From Flaccisagitta enflata (Eukaryota): a stretch of DNA of 64,000 nucleotides. The notes beneath the pieces were generated by a model that was not told the DNA's origin, did not search any database, and was given only the letters and a program-made list of their open reading frames with translations. Below are positions 1-13,001 of this stretch, one piece after another. The DNA is taken from positions 48,980,001 to 49,044,000 of the forward strand of contig OZ231126.1 of NCBI GenBank assembly GCA_965153355.1, in the 5' to 3' direction. Positions within the stretch are counted from its first letter, which is position 1; every line of letters starts with the position of its first letter. The translations under genes and the position numbers were made by a program.

Positions 1-281
1 TAACGTTTGCAAGACCATTCGACCGGGCGACGGACAAAAACGACCAACAGTGCAACAGACGGACGAACACGTTAAAAGAAAGTAATACAACTAAAGACTT
101 GAACGAGAGGTTCTTAACGACGGCTGTTAATGACGTTTTGCATCCGAATTTAACGTCACTCGATTGATGTTAAGCGCAGGTGGCAGGCTGATATTTACAG
201 CCAATTTATCTTTTTTCAATTCCGCAACAAGGAATTCTAATAAGTGCCCAGTCGCAAGAACTACTTAACAGACAATTTATG

Positions 282-282
<1 letters not shown>

Positions 283-327
<45 letters not shown>

Positions 328-396
328 CTCTCTCTTTCTTTCTCTCTCTCTTTCTTTCTCTCTTTTTCTCTTTCTTTCTTTCTTTCTTTCTTTTTT

Positions 397-444
<48 letters not shown>

Positions 445-563
445 GCTTGCTCTTGCTTGCTCTTGCTTGCTTGCTTGCGTTCTTGCTTGCTTGCTTGCTT
501 GATTGCTTTCTTTTTTTTTTCTGTTTTGTTTCTTTTGTTTTTTTTTTCTTTCTTTCTTCTTTC
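283..563. repeat. (TTTC)n / (CTTG)n microsatellite
   Basis: Visible tetranucleotide repeats; source of the spurious ORFs at 206-783. Confidence 0.95.
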
Positions 564-859
564 ATTTTTTCTCATTTTCCCCTCATGCCCTCGACTTTTT
601 AATGCTTCTATGTCTGTCGGTCCGTTAGTAGTTCTAATTCAGCTATTACTGACTTTCATGGGTGGTTTTCCGCATGACTGCTCCTGCGCAAATGCATGGG
701 TAGCCAATGTAACTAACGTGTGCTTAACTTGGGTATCCGTATTTCCGGCCTGGCCATATTGGGCGTCGGGTGGGGGCCTCTAGCATTTCTCGTACAAATG
801 TTTCGTTGACCTATTGAATCTGTGCCCCTGTCCACCCGCGCGCATCTAAGGGACCCGTT

Positions 860-1077
860 TAACAGCTGTTAAAGTATTATTGTCACAGCAAGACTTACAG
901 TAAAACTGCAAAAAGCACATTTTTAGATGGCTCACTTAGATAGAATTTTAACTGAAGTGTTTTGATTCCTTTAGGCTATTATGGTTAAAATCTCATTTGA
1001 CTGGGCCAACTAGAAGTATGTTTTTAATAGAATTACTTTATTTGTCGCTGTGACAAAAATTGTTGAACAGGTGTTAT
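860..1077. mobile_element. small MITE-like inverted-repeat element
   Basis: aacagctgttaaagtattattgtcacagc at left mirrors gctgtgacaaaaattgttgaacaggtgtt at right. Confidence 0.45.
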
Positions 1078-1199
1078 CCTGCCTAGTTTCATCCCTTATA
1101 CTATCCTCTGTCTTCCATCTGTTAATCATTTGAATTTAATGCGTTGGGTTGCCCATCTCTCCCATTTCCTTATCCTCCTCTTCATCCTCCTCCTCGTCC

Positions 1200-1466
1200 G
1201 GCGCCTCGCAAAAATTCAGATCTCACAACCAGGGCTGTTCCAAACTGATGGAATCTGCTCAGACGCACAAGTTCGAACCCGTCGTCGACCCAGCGGACAC
1301 TTCATCCTCCAAGGCTGCTGCGGCTGCGGCTGCGGCTGCAGCTGCGGCCAAAGCTGCGGAAAACAGATCCACGTTCAAATGCCCTTTTTGCGGACTGAAA
1401 AATCTGGACTCAACGAATCTCGTCAAGCATTGTAACGAAAAACATCAGGACAGCACTACTCAAGTG
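1200..1466 (+). CDS. RNF166: internal exon of an RNF166/RNF114-family RING-UIM E3 ligase (C2HC tail plus zf-Di19 C2H2), partial
   Basis: KFRSHNQGCSKL...HKFEPVV...NRSTFKCPFCGLKNLDSTNLVKHCNEKH...QV resembles RNF166 NRSTFACPYCGARNLDQQELVKHC; donor gtatgg at 1467; polypyrimidine tract 1152-1199, exact acceptor uncertain; next exon (CPICSAMPWGDP type) not found. Confidence 0.8.
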
Positions 1467-1529
<63 letters not shown>

Positions 1530-1649
1530 AAGCACGATGGTATCTCATCAAAATCGGCGATTTTCGATAGTTCCTTCAATGATCTATCCACCCGAAGGGG
1601 GAAAGGTTGGGGCTTTCTGGCAGGGGTTTTAAAGGGGGATTTTGCAAAT

Positions 1650-2288
1650 TATTGAAGGAACTATTGAAGGAACTATTGAAGGAACTATTGAAGGAACTAT
1701 TGAAAGAACTATTGAAGGAACTATTGAAAGAACTATTGAAGGAACTATTGAAGGAACTATTGGTCAACCAAGTTCCCTCAATGTTTAATCCAGTACCCTC
1801 AATGTTTAACCCAGTTCCTTCAATGTTTAACCCAGTTCCTTCAATCTATAACCCAGTTCCTTCAATCTATAACCCAGTTCCTTCAATCTCAAACCCAGTT
1901 CCTTCAATCTCAAACCCAGTTCCTTCAATCTCAAACCCAGTTCCTTCAATCTCAAACCCAGTTCCTTCAATGTTTGACCCAGTTCCTTCAATGTTTGACC
2001 CAGTTCCTTCAATCTATATCCCAGTTCCTTCAATCTATAACCCAGTTCCTTCAATCTATAACCCAGTTCCTTCAATCTATAACCCAGTTCCCTCAATCGA
2101 TAACCCAGTTCCTTCAATCAATAACCCAGTTCCTTCAATCTATAACCCAGTTCCTTCAATCTATAACCCAGTTCATTCATCTATGAACTAGTTCCTTCAA
2201 TCTATAACTTGGATTCCTTCAATCATAACCAGTTCCTTCAATCTATAACAGTTCCTTCAATCTATAACCAGTTCCTTCAATCTATAAC
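1650..2288. repeat. 12-bp (ATTGAAGGAACT)n array followed by 21-bp (ACCCAGTTCCTTCAATCTATA)n array
   Basis: Tandem units read directly; the 12-mer is the reverse complement of the 21-mer core. Confidence 0.95.
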
Positions 2289-2954
2289 CGTGGGCAGGGG
2301 TAGTGATGGAAAAGTTCACTAGGGTATTTGGGCAGGAACAGTGAGTTCAAAACGCTTAAAAACGCCGAAAATAGGGGCCGATTAATCGATTGACCTTTGA
2401 CTGACTGACGGACGGACGGACAAAGTGGGGTGTAGACTGTAGAGTCACGTAGTTTTCGACAAAAAAAAAAACGGACTGAAGAACCGACAAACAGACAAAC
2501 ATGACTTCTTATTGACGCGCGAAGATGCATGCGTAAATGATAACAATAAAACAACGAACCTTCGTGTCCATCTGTAACTCTGCGTAAATAACGCTAATTT
2601 GCATATCGTTGTCTTTTGATGATCACTTCAAAATAGACCGACTAGTCATCAGACGCTCTCCAACTCGCGCGAACATTTTTCTCGTGAGACCTAATGTTCA
2701 TTGTTAATTACCCCAAATGGACCAGCGTAGATATGAAGAAGGTAAAATACAAAGAGGGGAAATAGTGAATCTATCGGTCAGAACCGAAGTTTTAAACATC
2801 TCGAATTCGGAATAATCCATCAAGATCCACAATTGAAATTGAATTGAATTGAAATCATCTTGTTACGCAATTTTCGAATGAACATGTTTTGGAAGGCGGC
2901 CGAAGAGCCGCCCCACAATCCTTTGAAACGCGACGCGGATGACGATTGAGCTAG

Positions 2955-5900
2955 TAGTCCAGTTCCTTACGGGAGGAATCAAAAGTATATCGGCGTTTTT
3001 GGAGGAAGTTTCCAAAATTTGCATACAGGTACAGTTTTTGATGCTGAACAACATGGAAAGAGCCACTCGGCCAAAAAATGGCATGGCCTTTTAAAAAAAT
3101 GCGTTTTTCTGAAAAAAATTTGGGAAAAATGGCGCTGACGCCACACCGTTTGAGCCAATGCTATAAAAATTTCAGGGAAGGAAACTACATGTTTTGTTTA
3201 CTTGCATACCAAATTTTAGCAAAATCCGTCAAGTAGAAGCGGAGATATGGCGTTTCAAAGTCTAGGCCTGTTTTTCAAAAAAGGGCTATGTTTCATTTTT
3301 TGGGCAAAAAATAGAATTTTTTGAGCCAGATGCCCAAAATCTTCCATATTGATGCCAAATGTCCATATGCACTTGGAAAAAAAAACGGCATTAAAGTTTG
3401 TGCCCTATTTTGGCCTAAACGGCTAAAAAAAAACAAAAAAATGTTGCAAATTTTATTTCTTTTCTAAATCTTGGTATTTTTCAAAAATACCAAACACTGG
3501 ATGCCAATGGTGGGAATCATACCATGAATATAAAGATAACCAAGGTTTCAGGACACTGGCCAGTCTGAAAGAACAGAAAAATATTTTCAAATATTTAAAA
3601 AATGCAAAATTTTTTTTGAACTCTTGGATACCCATGGCTTTTTGGCACCGCTGAGCTCTCCAAACGACTTGAGCTAATAAACCAAATTTGGCATGTGTCT
3701 CAGACATCCATGCAACTTCATGCTAAATTTAGCTCTCTAGGTCAATTTTTAGTCTGGTTTTTAGAAAAAAATATTTCAAAAAATGGGCTAAAAAACACAA
3801 AAAACTGGTTTTTTGGCCATATTTGCGTGCTAAGTGATAAAACCATCAATTTTTTTTTTGTACAGGTGATCAATGAGTCTAGGATGCACCATCATGCAAA
3901 ATAGAAGTGCCTGAGATTGGGCAGGTTTTTAAAAATCACTTTTAAATTTTTCCAAAATTTTGAATTTTTGTGATTTTGGTACCTAGCCTCATTTTTTGGT
4001 CAAGATTTTGATGGAAAAATACCAAATTTGATACACATGATCCAGGACACCTACACTTGCTTCAACTAACATTTCATACATGTGGTTGAAGTATAAGATT
4101 GGAAAAATTAACCTCAGGACCCTGAAAAAATTCAATTTTTTTGAATTTTTAGTAAAAAAACAGCTATAACTTGACAATAAACAATACTATTCTCACTAAA
4201 TTTGGTCAGTGGAAGTTAATTCCAACATATGACGAGGAAATAAAAAAAATTGGCAGATTTTTTAAAAATTTTCAAAAATTTGGTCCAAAATAGCCTTTTT
4301 TGGCCAAAATTGCCCTAAAAATGGGATTTTTTCACCTATACCAGCCAAAAGCTTCCTCTATCACCTCCATTTTTCTCACTCAGGCTCTACACTCACACAT
4401 AAAACTAGCATGCAAAATTTTGAGTTCTATCATGGAAAACTAGCCCAGAACACCGTTTTTCGCTGAAAAAATCACTAGTTGGGTTGATGATCTATAAGCC
4501 ACACAGGAATTTTTCCTCCTCCCTCCGCGCCGCCCACCCAGGCCTATTTCAGCCTTAGCCTATCCCAAAAGTTTCCTGAGCCCAAATCCTAGTCTTGAGG
4601 CCTGAGGCTGGGATTTGACCCTCAAGACAAGGATTTGGGCCTCAAGGCTGGGATATGGGCGGAGGCTGAGATATGGGGCCTGAGGTAGGGGTGGCTGGAG
4701 GAGGAGGAGGAGAAGGAGAAAGTCTCCTGTGTGAAAGCATAGGTCATTGACCCTTCTGGGCTGCTGGGCTAAAAAGGAAGAAGAAAATCCCCCATGTGTA
4801 TGAAAGCATAAGTATTAGACCCCTTTGGGACCGCTGCCCAAAAGAAGAAGAAGAATAGTCGCAAAAGCGTGTCCTACCTAAGAAAGTTAAAGCTAAAGTT
4901 GAGGGTGAGCAGGGCAGCGGCCCTGAAAGGGTCGATGACCTATGCTTTCACTCATGGGGATTTTCTTCTCCTCCTTCTCCTCCGTCCATCCTCCTCAAAT
5001 CTCCAGGCCACCCAGGGCCTGTAACCAGTCTCTGGCCCAAAACCCAGTCTTGAGGCCCAAATTCAGCCTCCCAAGGCCCAAATCAGCCTCAAAGCTCAAA
5101 TCCTAGCCTGGAGGCTCAGATTTGGGCCCAAGATTGGGATCTGGGCCTTGGCTGAGATTTTGGACCTTGAGGCTGAGATTGACATCAAGACTGAAACCTG
5201 GGCCTCCAGGCTAGGATTGGGGCCTTGGGGCCAGGATTTGGGCCTGGAGGCTTAGACTAGCCTCAAGACTGGATTTGGGCCTCAACATCAATTTAGCCTC
5301 AAACCTGGATTTGAGGGACGAGAAGAAGAAGGAGAAGAAGAAGGAGAAAACTCTACACATGTGTGAAATCACAGTCATTGACACCTTTCAGGCCGCTGCC
5401 CAAAATTGGGTAGGGTGAAAGTGCAGTAGGTTATGCATATTTTGAATTCCTAGGCTGTTGGTTGGTTGGGTGGTATGCCAGTTGGTCTGGGCAGCTAACA
5501 TGCTGAAATCATTTTGATTCACATACTTCAACTTGCTATGTCAGTTTGATGGTTGCTAAAGACATAGTGATTCTCAGAACCAATGTTATCTAGAAAATGA
5601 CTGTTTTTGGGCAGAGGCCCCAAAGGGGATGAAGTCCTGTAGAACACAGGGGACTTGCCCGCCCATCCGTTCATCCGTTCGCTTGTTAGTCCTCTCACAT
5701 CAGGTCTCTCAGGCCTCAAACCAGCCTCGTTTCCCAAATCCAGCCTCTCAGGCCTTAAATCCAGCCTCCCAGGCCTCAAATCCAGCCTCACGCTCAAATC
5801 CAGCTTCAGCCTCAAATCCAGCCTCAGGCCTCAAACTTAGCCTCAGGCCTCACCAGCCTCAGGCCTCAAATCCAGCTTCTCAGGGCTCACTGCAGCCCCT

Positions 5901-8130
5901 CAGGCCTCAACAACTTAGCCTCAGGGCCTTCATATCAGCCTTCTCAGGCCACAAATCCAAATTCTCTGGCCTCAAACTGGGCCTCTCATGCCTCAGCTAG
6001 GCCTCTCAGGCCTTAAACTAGCCATCTAAACCTCCATCTATTGCTCTCAGGCTTGTAATCAGGCCTCTGGCTTTTCAAGCCTCAAACCAGCTCTTTCAAG
6101 CTTCTCCAATTGGCATTCTCAGACCTTATATCAGCCTTCTTAGAACTCAGTTTAGGCTCTTGAATGCCTTCAGTCAGCCCTCATATCATCTCATTCACTT
6201 CTTCAGGTAGGACGAACGAAAGTCCCTCAGGTACTACAGGACTTCGTCCCTTTAGGGCTGCTGCCCGCTTCTCACCCTAATTCACAATCACTCAAAGCAG
6301 GGCAATGAGTATCGCTGAACACATATTGCCCTTTGCATGACCTGTTCAAACATTTTCAAACATTATTAGTCTTTTAGTCGTGGACCTTGCAGTGTCGCCG
6401 CAGCATGTTCACATTTTTGACCTTCTAGCGGTTTTGCCTACAGCCTGCTCAACCGTCAGTGAGACTGGACGTCGGTATCCGGCCTGCTGGAGTTTTGGTT
6501 CAAATTAGTCTTAGGTGAGATGCCAGAGAGACACTTTGCTTTCTTTGCCATTCAGGTAACAGGCAGGAATTTTTGACACTTTTGAAGAAAAAACCCTAAA
6601 AATGTGATTTTTTAGTGATTTTTCCTTGAAAAACGGTGTTCTAGGCCAGTTTTTCACATGATAGGGACCCAAAAATTTTTTTATGCTAGTTTATGTGTGA
6701 GTGTAGATTCTGAGTGAGAAAAATGAGGTGATAGAGAGGGCTTTGGCCTGCACAGGTGAAAATCCCATTTAGCAATTTTGGCCAAAGGTTATTTTTTGAC
6801 CAAATTTTTCAAAATTTTTGAAAAATCTGCTAATTTTTTTTTACTTCCTCGTCATATGTTGGAATTAACTTCCACTGACCAAATTTGGAGAGAATAGTAT
6901 CGTTTATTGTCAAGTTTTTTAGTTGAAGCATAAAAATTCAAAAAAATTGAATTTTTTTAGGGTCTTGAGGTTAATTTTTCTAATCTTATGCTTCGACCAT
7001 GTGTATGAAATTTTAGTTGAAGCAAGTGTTGGTGTCCTGGATCATGTGTACGAAATTTGGTATTTTTCCATCAAAATCTTGACCAAAAAATGAGGCTAGG
7101 TACCAAAATCACAAAAATTCAAAATTTTGGAAAAATTCAAAAGTGATTTTTTGAAAAACCTGCAATCACAGGCACTTCTATTTTTGCATGATGGTGCATC
7201 CTAGACTCATTGATCACCTATGCAAAAAAAATTGATGGTTTTATCACTTAGCACACAAATATGGCCAAAAAACCAGTTTTGTGTTTTTTAGCCCATTTTT
7301 TGAAATATTTTTTTCTAAAAACCAGACTAAAAATTGACCTAGAGTGCTAAAATTTGGCATGAAGTTGCGCATGGATGTCTAAAACTTACATGCAAAATTT
7401 GGTTTTATTAGCTCAAGTCGTTTGGGCTCAGCGGTGCCAAAAAGCCATGGGTATCCAAGAGTTCAAAAAAATTTTGGCATTTTTTAAATACTTGAAAATA
7501 TTTTTCTGTTCTTTCAGACTCCTCGCCAGTGTCCTGAAACCCTGGGGTTATGTTTATATTCATACAGAGGTATGATTCCCACCATTGGCATTTGTGCTTT
7601 TGGTATTTTTTGAAAAATAACAAAGATTTGAGAAAAGAAATAAAATTTGCAACATTTTTTTTGGGTTTTTTAGCCGTTTAGGCCAAAATAGAGCACAAAC
7701 TTTAATGCTGTTTTTTTTTCCAAGTGCATATGGACATTTGGCATCAATATGGAAGATTTTTAGCATCTGCTCAAAAAATTATATTTTTTGCCCAAAAAAT
7801 GAAACATAGCCCTTTTTTGAAAAACAGGCCTAGACTTTGAAACGCCATATCTCCGCTTCTATTTGACGGATTTTGCTAAAATTTGGTATGCAAGTAAACA
7901 AAACATGTAGTTTCCTTCCCTGAAATTTTTATGGCATTGGCTCAAACAGTGTGGCGTCAGCGCCATTTTTCCCAAATTTTTTTCAGAAAAACGCATTTTT
8001 TTAAAAGGCCATGCCATTTTTTGGCCGAGTGGCTCTTTCCATGTTGTTCAGCATCAAAAACTGTACCTGTATGCAAATTTTGGTAACTTCCTCCAAAAAC
8101 GCCGATCTGTTTCTTTAAGGTCCTGGACTA
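2955..8130. mobile_element. 5.2-kb foldback-type non-autonomous DNA transposon with ~1.5-kb inverted arms
   Basis: 2955-4477 is the reverse complement of about 6613-8130; ends TAGTCCAG...CTGGACTA, each flanked by tag (or a TA target, depending on boundary); no transposase ORF. Confidence 0.9.
4855..6345. mobile_element. copies of a minisatellite-bearing interspersed repeat family (GGGCAGCGGCCCC...GGGGCCGCTGCCC inverted ends)
   Basis: Shared leader aatagtcgcaaaagcgtt and inverted gggcagcggcccc..gatgacctatgctttcac motifs, also seen at 8408, 16813, 18284, 53153, 58096, 58709. Confidence 0.75.
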
Positions 8131-8775
8131 TAGTCATTCCTCTCTAGCCCGTAGTCGCGTAGAAAAGTACACGCGTTGGGTTAGATGATGAATCTACGGA
8201 ATCAACTACAGTTGAGCTTCAGTAGAGCGCATTTCATGTATGGGACCAAGCAAAAGGATGCACTACTGTACCACACACAAAAGGCGGGCCTACAGTTGAA
8301 ATTATATTACTGGAATGATTTGAACCGTAGAAAACGAACGCATTTGGGAGTAGTTATGCGACGAGGGAAATGATGTTAAAGCTTTACAGACAAGAAGCAG
8401 AAAAAGAAATAGTCGCAAAAGCGTTAGATGGTCAGCAGTACCCGTTGCCCCAATATGAGTGTATGTGGATGTGTGAGGGTGAGAGGGGCAGCGGCAGGGT
8501 TTGAGCCTTAATGCTGGGATGAGCCTCCAGGCTTTGGTTTATACCTTGAGGTTGTTATTTGAGCCTCAAGGTTGTTATTTGAGCCTCATGAATCATATGA
8601 GCCTTGAGGCTGGGATCTGGGGCTTGGGGCGGGGGGGTTTGAGCCTTGAGTCTGTGATTTGAGCCCTGAGAGCCCTGAGCCCTGAGCCCTGAGCCCTAAG
8701 CCCTGAGAGCCCTGAGATTTGAGCCTCAATTCAGCCTTAAGGCTGGGATTTGAGACTCAAGGCTGGGATTTGAGC

Positions 8776-9490
8776 CAGGCCTGAGAAGCCTGATTTGAGG
8801 CCTGAGAAGCCTGATTTGAGGCCTGAGAAGCCTGATTGGAGGCCTGAGAAGCCTGATTGGAGGCCTGAGAAGCCTGATTTGAGGCCTGAGAAGCCTGATT
8901 TGAGGCCTGAGAAGCCTGATTTGAGGCCTGAGAAGCCTGATTTGAGGCCTGAGAAGCCTGATTTGAGGCCTGAGAAGCCTGATTTGAGGCCTGAGAAGCC
9001 TGATTTGAGGCCTGAGAAGCCTGATTTGAGGCCTGAGAAGCCTGATTTGAGGCCTGAGAAGCCTGATTTGAGGCCTGAGAAGCCTGATTTGAGGCCTGAG
9101 AAGCCTGATTTGAGGCCTGAGAAGCCTGATTTGAGGCCTGAGAAGCCTGATTTGAGGCCTGAGAAGCCTGATTTGAGGCCTGAGAAGCCTGATTTGAGGC
9201 CTGAGAAGCCTGATTTGAGGCCTGAGAAGCCTGATTTGAGGCCTGAGAAGCCTGATTTGAGGCCTGAGAAGCCTGATTTGAGGCCTGAGAAGCCTGATTT
9301 GAGGCCTGAGAAGCCTGATTTGAGGCCTGAGAAGCCTGATTTGAGGCCTGAGAAGCCTGATTTGAGGCCTGAGAAGCCTGATTTGAGGCCTGAGAAGCCT
9401 GATTTGAGGCCTGAGAAGCCTGATTTGAGGCCTGAGAAGCCTGATTTGAGGCCTGAGAAGCCTGATTTGAGGCCTGAGAAGCCTGATTTT
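8776..9490. repeat. 21-bp minisatellite (AGGCCTGAGAAGCCTGATTTG)n
   Basis: Over 30 nearly identical units; produces the RPEKPDL pseudo-ORF. Confidence 0.97.
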
Positions 9491-9932
9491 TTTTAAAGGA
9501 AAACTCGCTAACTTTTTTGTTTGATGAGATTTTGCATTAATTTAATCTGTTAACTACCCCAAGTGACATGTACTATTAGGTGAATCATTTGTTTTTGGTA
9601 AAAACAATGACCATTTTTTTGCTCCTGGCGAAACTGTAGTGTCACGATAATTTTCATTGTGTCGTAACAAGACCGACTACACGGACCACCAGTTACGGAC
9701 GGGTGGGCAGGGGCAGTAATGCAGAAACCTCTCGCAACTTAACATTTCAGACCGACCGATCTACACAGCAACGTATTGATTCGCATGTCCGCGAGTAGTA
9801 AGCGAATGTAATGAAAAAGATGAAAATCCTAGCATTATACGACAGTTTTTCCCTACTGCGAGAGCCGCCTTTAATGGTAAGCAAGTGTTCTTCAGTGTCC
9901 CTTGAATATTAACGTCCCTGTCCACTATCTAG

Positions 9933-12012
9933 GCACGCTGATCTTGACGCATTCGACGCGTGGTTTGGCGTCACTGCCTCTCGGCGTTTGTTTGATCCAA
10001 CGCCTAAAACTCTCCTCGTCGGCATCGATAATCCGTTCGCGCTTTCCTTACCTCCTCCCTCCTCCGCGGCCTCCTCCTTCTCCTCGGGAGTGTCTCTCCT
10101 TCGCTCATCGCGTTCATCGGCCGTGCTGTGCTTATCATGGGGCTTGGAGATCGACGCGCTATACCAACGGTTCGACTCTCTCTCGTGGCGCTCTTTTTTG
10201 TCGCATTTGGCGGAGGGAAGGCTGTTTGAGGGGGAGGCTCTCGAAACCGATACTCGTATCGTTGACCCATGTCTCGAAGAGCCGTTTATTGCTCACAGTT
10301 CCATCACTTCTGGTAAGTTAGTGGTTATTGCTGGGCGTTATTGCCCTGAATATCTTGAGTCATGATTATTGGCCAAGGTTCTTTACGTGGCAAAAGAGTG
10401 GATTTATGTTGAAAGTTGATACAGTGGAAAGACGAAAGGATGCTTAATTCCCCATGAATGCTGGTTGCCATGGAAACACATTTCCATGTATTCTCGCTAA
10501 AATATCAATATTTCGAGAGATTTTTTTTAGGGAACATTGCTAAAAATCAAATTTGCTACAACTTTCCTACAGTATGTTCTGTAATAATGTCGCTCATTTG
10601 GCCGTTGCTAGGGAGCGTATCTATGTGTGACAACCCTTAGCAACTGCTAAACGAGCGACATTCTTACAGAACATACTGTGGGAAAGTTATAGCAAATTTA
10701 ATTTTAAAAAAATGTTTCCTTAAAAAATTTCTCAAAATATTGATACTTTAGCGGGAATACATGGAAATGTGTTTCCATGGCAACCAGCTATCATGGGCAA
10801 TAAAGCATCCCTTTATAAGTCTGTTTAATATTGATACTTTAGCGGGAATACATGGAAATGTGTTTCCATGGCAACCAGCTATCATGGGCAATAAAGCATC
10901 CCTTTATAAGTCTGTTTAATATTGATACTTTAGTGGGAATACATGGAAATGTGTTTCCATGGCAGCCAGCTATCATGGGCAATAAAGCATCCCTTTATAA
11001 GTCTGTTTCAAATATCACTCCTTTGGCTTCATTTGTTTTTCTACAATGCTTGCCCCCGTTATCTCAAGTCTAGACGAGATCTACTGTATCTATTCATCGT
11101 CCAGCCCCTCGCCTTCAAATCCGTTACCCTCGCTTTCACCGTCTCATTCTCCCATACTTCCCCTTTCCAGCTGCCTTAGGTCCTCTTTGGCCGCGAACTC
11201 GGTATCCTCTGGTCGCCGTTTTGGGGTTAGACTGGAATGCCGCCAAGAAAGAAGAGATCCGGGACTTCGACGGTTCGTCACCGCAGCGCGTCGTTGCGTT
11301 AGTCACCGTCTTTCATGTTCAGGATGCAGATGACGATGGAGGACGGGGGACGGCTGCGCCAACCTCGCCAACGACAGAGAAAGAAAGAATGGATACGCAC
11401 GCGATGCTGACCTTCGTCGTAACAAACGCTGATCAGAAGCTCCGTCTTCAGCCTTACATTCCCTCCGGTTCCCCACCCGAGGAAGAGGAGGAAACGCCCG
11501 ACCGCTCTGCGTCTTTTGTGAAAGCGGAAATCGGATCGAATCAACGTCAAAACTCGACGGAAGTTGAAAAAACTGAACTGGAAAGTCCACAATGTTTAAA
11601 CGACGTACCTGCGATCCCAACCTCCGCCGATTCCGGAATTTTGGATGCTACAACGGAATCTATCTCGGAGACTGCTTCCCGTATTGACGCCGCAGAAGGA
11701 AATAACCGCCATGAACGGTCGACGTTAATGGACTCTACGTCAAGCGATTCGCTTTCTGACTTCGATCTATCGTCTTCCTATGCCTCCCCCAAAAGCCACG
11801 AATCTTCCCCAACCTCGCCCTCATTTCCGCGACGATCGGAAGATTGTTCCGTGTGCCTCTCACTTCCAGTTACCGTCGTGACGTTGCCCTGCCGTCACGC
11901 CGCGCTTTGCCCTCCGTGTCTTGAGCGACTGAGAGATCGACGATGTCCCGTATGCAGAGGCGTAATTCAAACTCATTTCGAATTAGACGTCGCGTACAAT
12001 GTGATCTCATGA
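9933..12012 (+). CDS. CGRRF1: CGRRF1-like RING-finger protein; exons 9933-10312 and 11171-12012; 5' (TM-coding) exon not located
   Basis: NPFAL..GVSL..CLSWG and GPLWPRTRYPLVAVL recall CGRRF1 NPFGL..CYWG and GTVPRSRYPLVALL; C-terminal RING CSVC..LPCRHAALCPPC..CPVCR; phase-1 intron gtaagt...ttccag keeps the frame. Confidence 0.8.
10421..11086. mobile_element. Tc1/mariner-type MITE copy in the CGRRF1 intron with a triplicated 91-bp internal unit
   Basis: Homologous to the element at 61272-61844; right end caagtctagacgagatctactg-ta. Confidence 0.8.
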
Positions 12013-12233
12013 CGCTTGGAATTGCCAATTCCAGTGTAAATGTAGAATTGTCATTTGTTTTCCGCTATTACCGTCGTCGTTTCCAACTCATTCCTCAGTG
12101 GAAAATTTGTATGGTTAATTTTTTAGCTCACATCAACTAATTTTACCGCCGTATTGGGTCAACAAGCTGAATTGACAAAAACCCTCGCGTGGATCATAGC
12201 TTTCTGAATTTCTAAACACTTAAATGCGAGGTT

Positions 12234-12817
12234 ATGCCCGACTCTGACGCTGGCATCGCTCCCAAAACTATGGCTACTAGCGCATCCGGGTCACAAACTG
12301 TCCTCCAAGTCGAAGGGTCCGGTGGAAGAGAAGGAGCCGCCTCACCTGCAGTGTTGAAATTAAAGCTGAAAAAGCCGCCCCCTTCGCGTCGAGTGCAGTG
12401 GACTGAAGATACTGTCGACAATGAGCATATGAACAAAAAGGTAACCCTGGCGAGCACGAGTTTCCAGGCGTGTATAAAGTTGACCGCCCCTGCGAATTTC
12501 TTCTGGATAGCAGCGCGAGCGTTTTAGCAAATTTTTACTCTGCCCATTTTCAAAACTACTCTCATTTTATCGGCTTGACAATCTTCATTCTCCTTTTTTT
12601 TCAGAAATCAAAATGCTGTTGCGTTTACAAGAAACCCTTGAAGTTTGGTGAAAGCGAAAGCGAAGACAGCGATAGCGATTGTGAGCATTGTTCTCATCAC
12701 ACGCCGAAAGACTTTGTTGCAGCGAGAGACGGCGAGGGAAACCGGCGAGATGACGAAAAAAACGAAAGCAAAAATGATGGAGGTGGAGGGTGTAACGGGG
12801 TTGGAGGTGGTCATTGA
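12234..12817 (+). CDS. PPP1R11: protein phosphatase 1 inhibitor-3; exons 12234-12440 and 12605-12817
   Basis: Spliced product contains LKLKKPPPSRRVQWTEDTVDNEHMNKK|KSKCCCVYKKP, the RVxW plus KSKCC signature of Ypi1/PPP1R11; phase-0 intron gtaacc...tttcag. Confidence 0.95.
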
Positions 12818-13001
12818 TCATTATCTTTTCTGGTGGATAGGACAAAAGGATGTAAATAAACAAATTTTCCTACCTTCTCGATTGGTGGAACGCTTGAATC
12901 ATTCTTATGTACTTATTTTCGACACGCGATTAGTTCCCACCAATATTGACTGAATAAGGTTCCAACGCTGAATTGTGGATAACTTTTGTCGCCTCACCCA
13001 G

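Noticed and set aside
1607-2191. KELL / NPVPSI repeat protein
   Set aside because: Translation of the paired minisatellites
8795-9496. 233-aa RPEKPDL repeat ORF
   Set aside because: Translation of a 21-bp minisatellite; no ATG, no synonymous variation
9874-9932. ATG followed by gtaagc as first CGRRF1 exon
   Set aside because: Phase 0 leads to an immediate stop, and the phase-2 reading has an in-frame TAA just upstream
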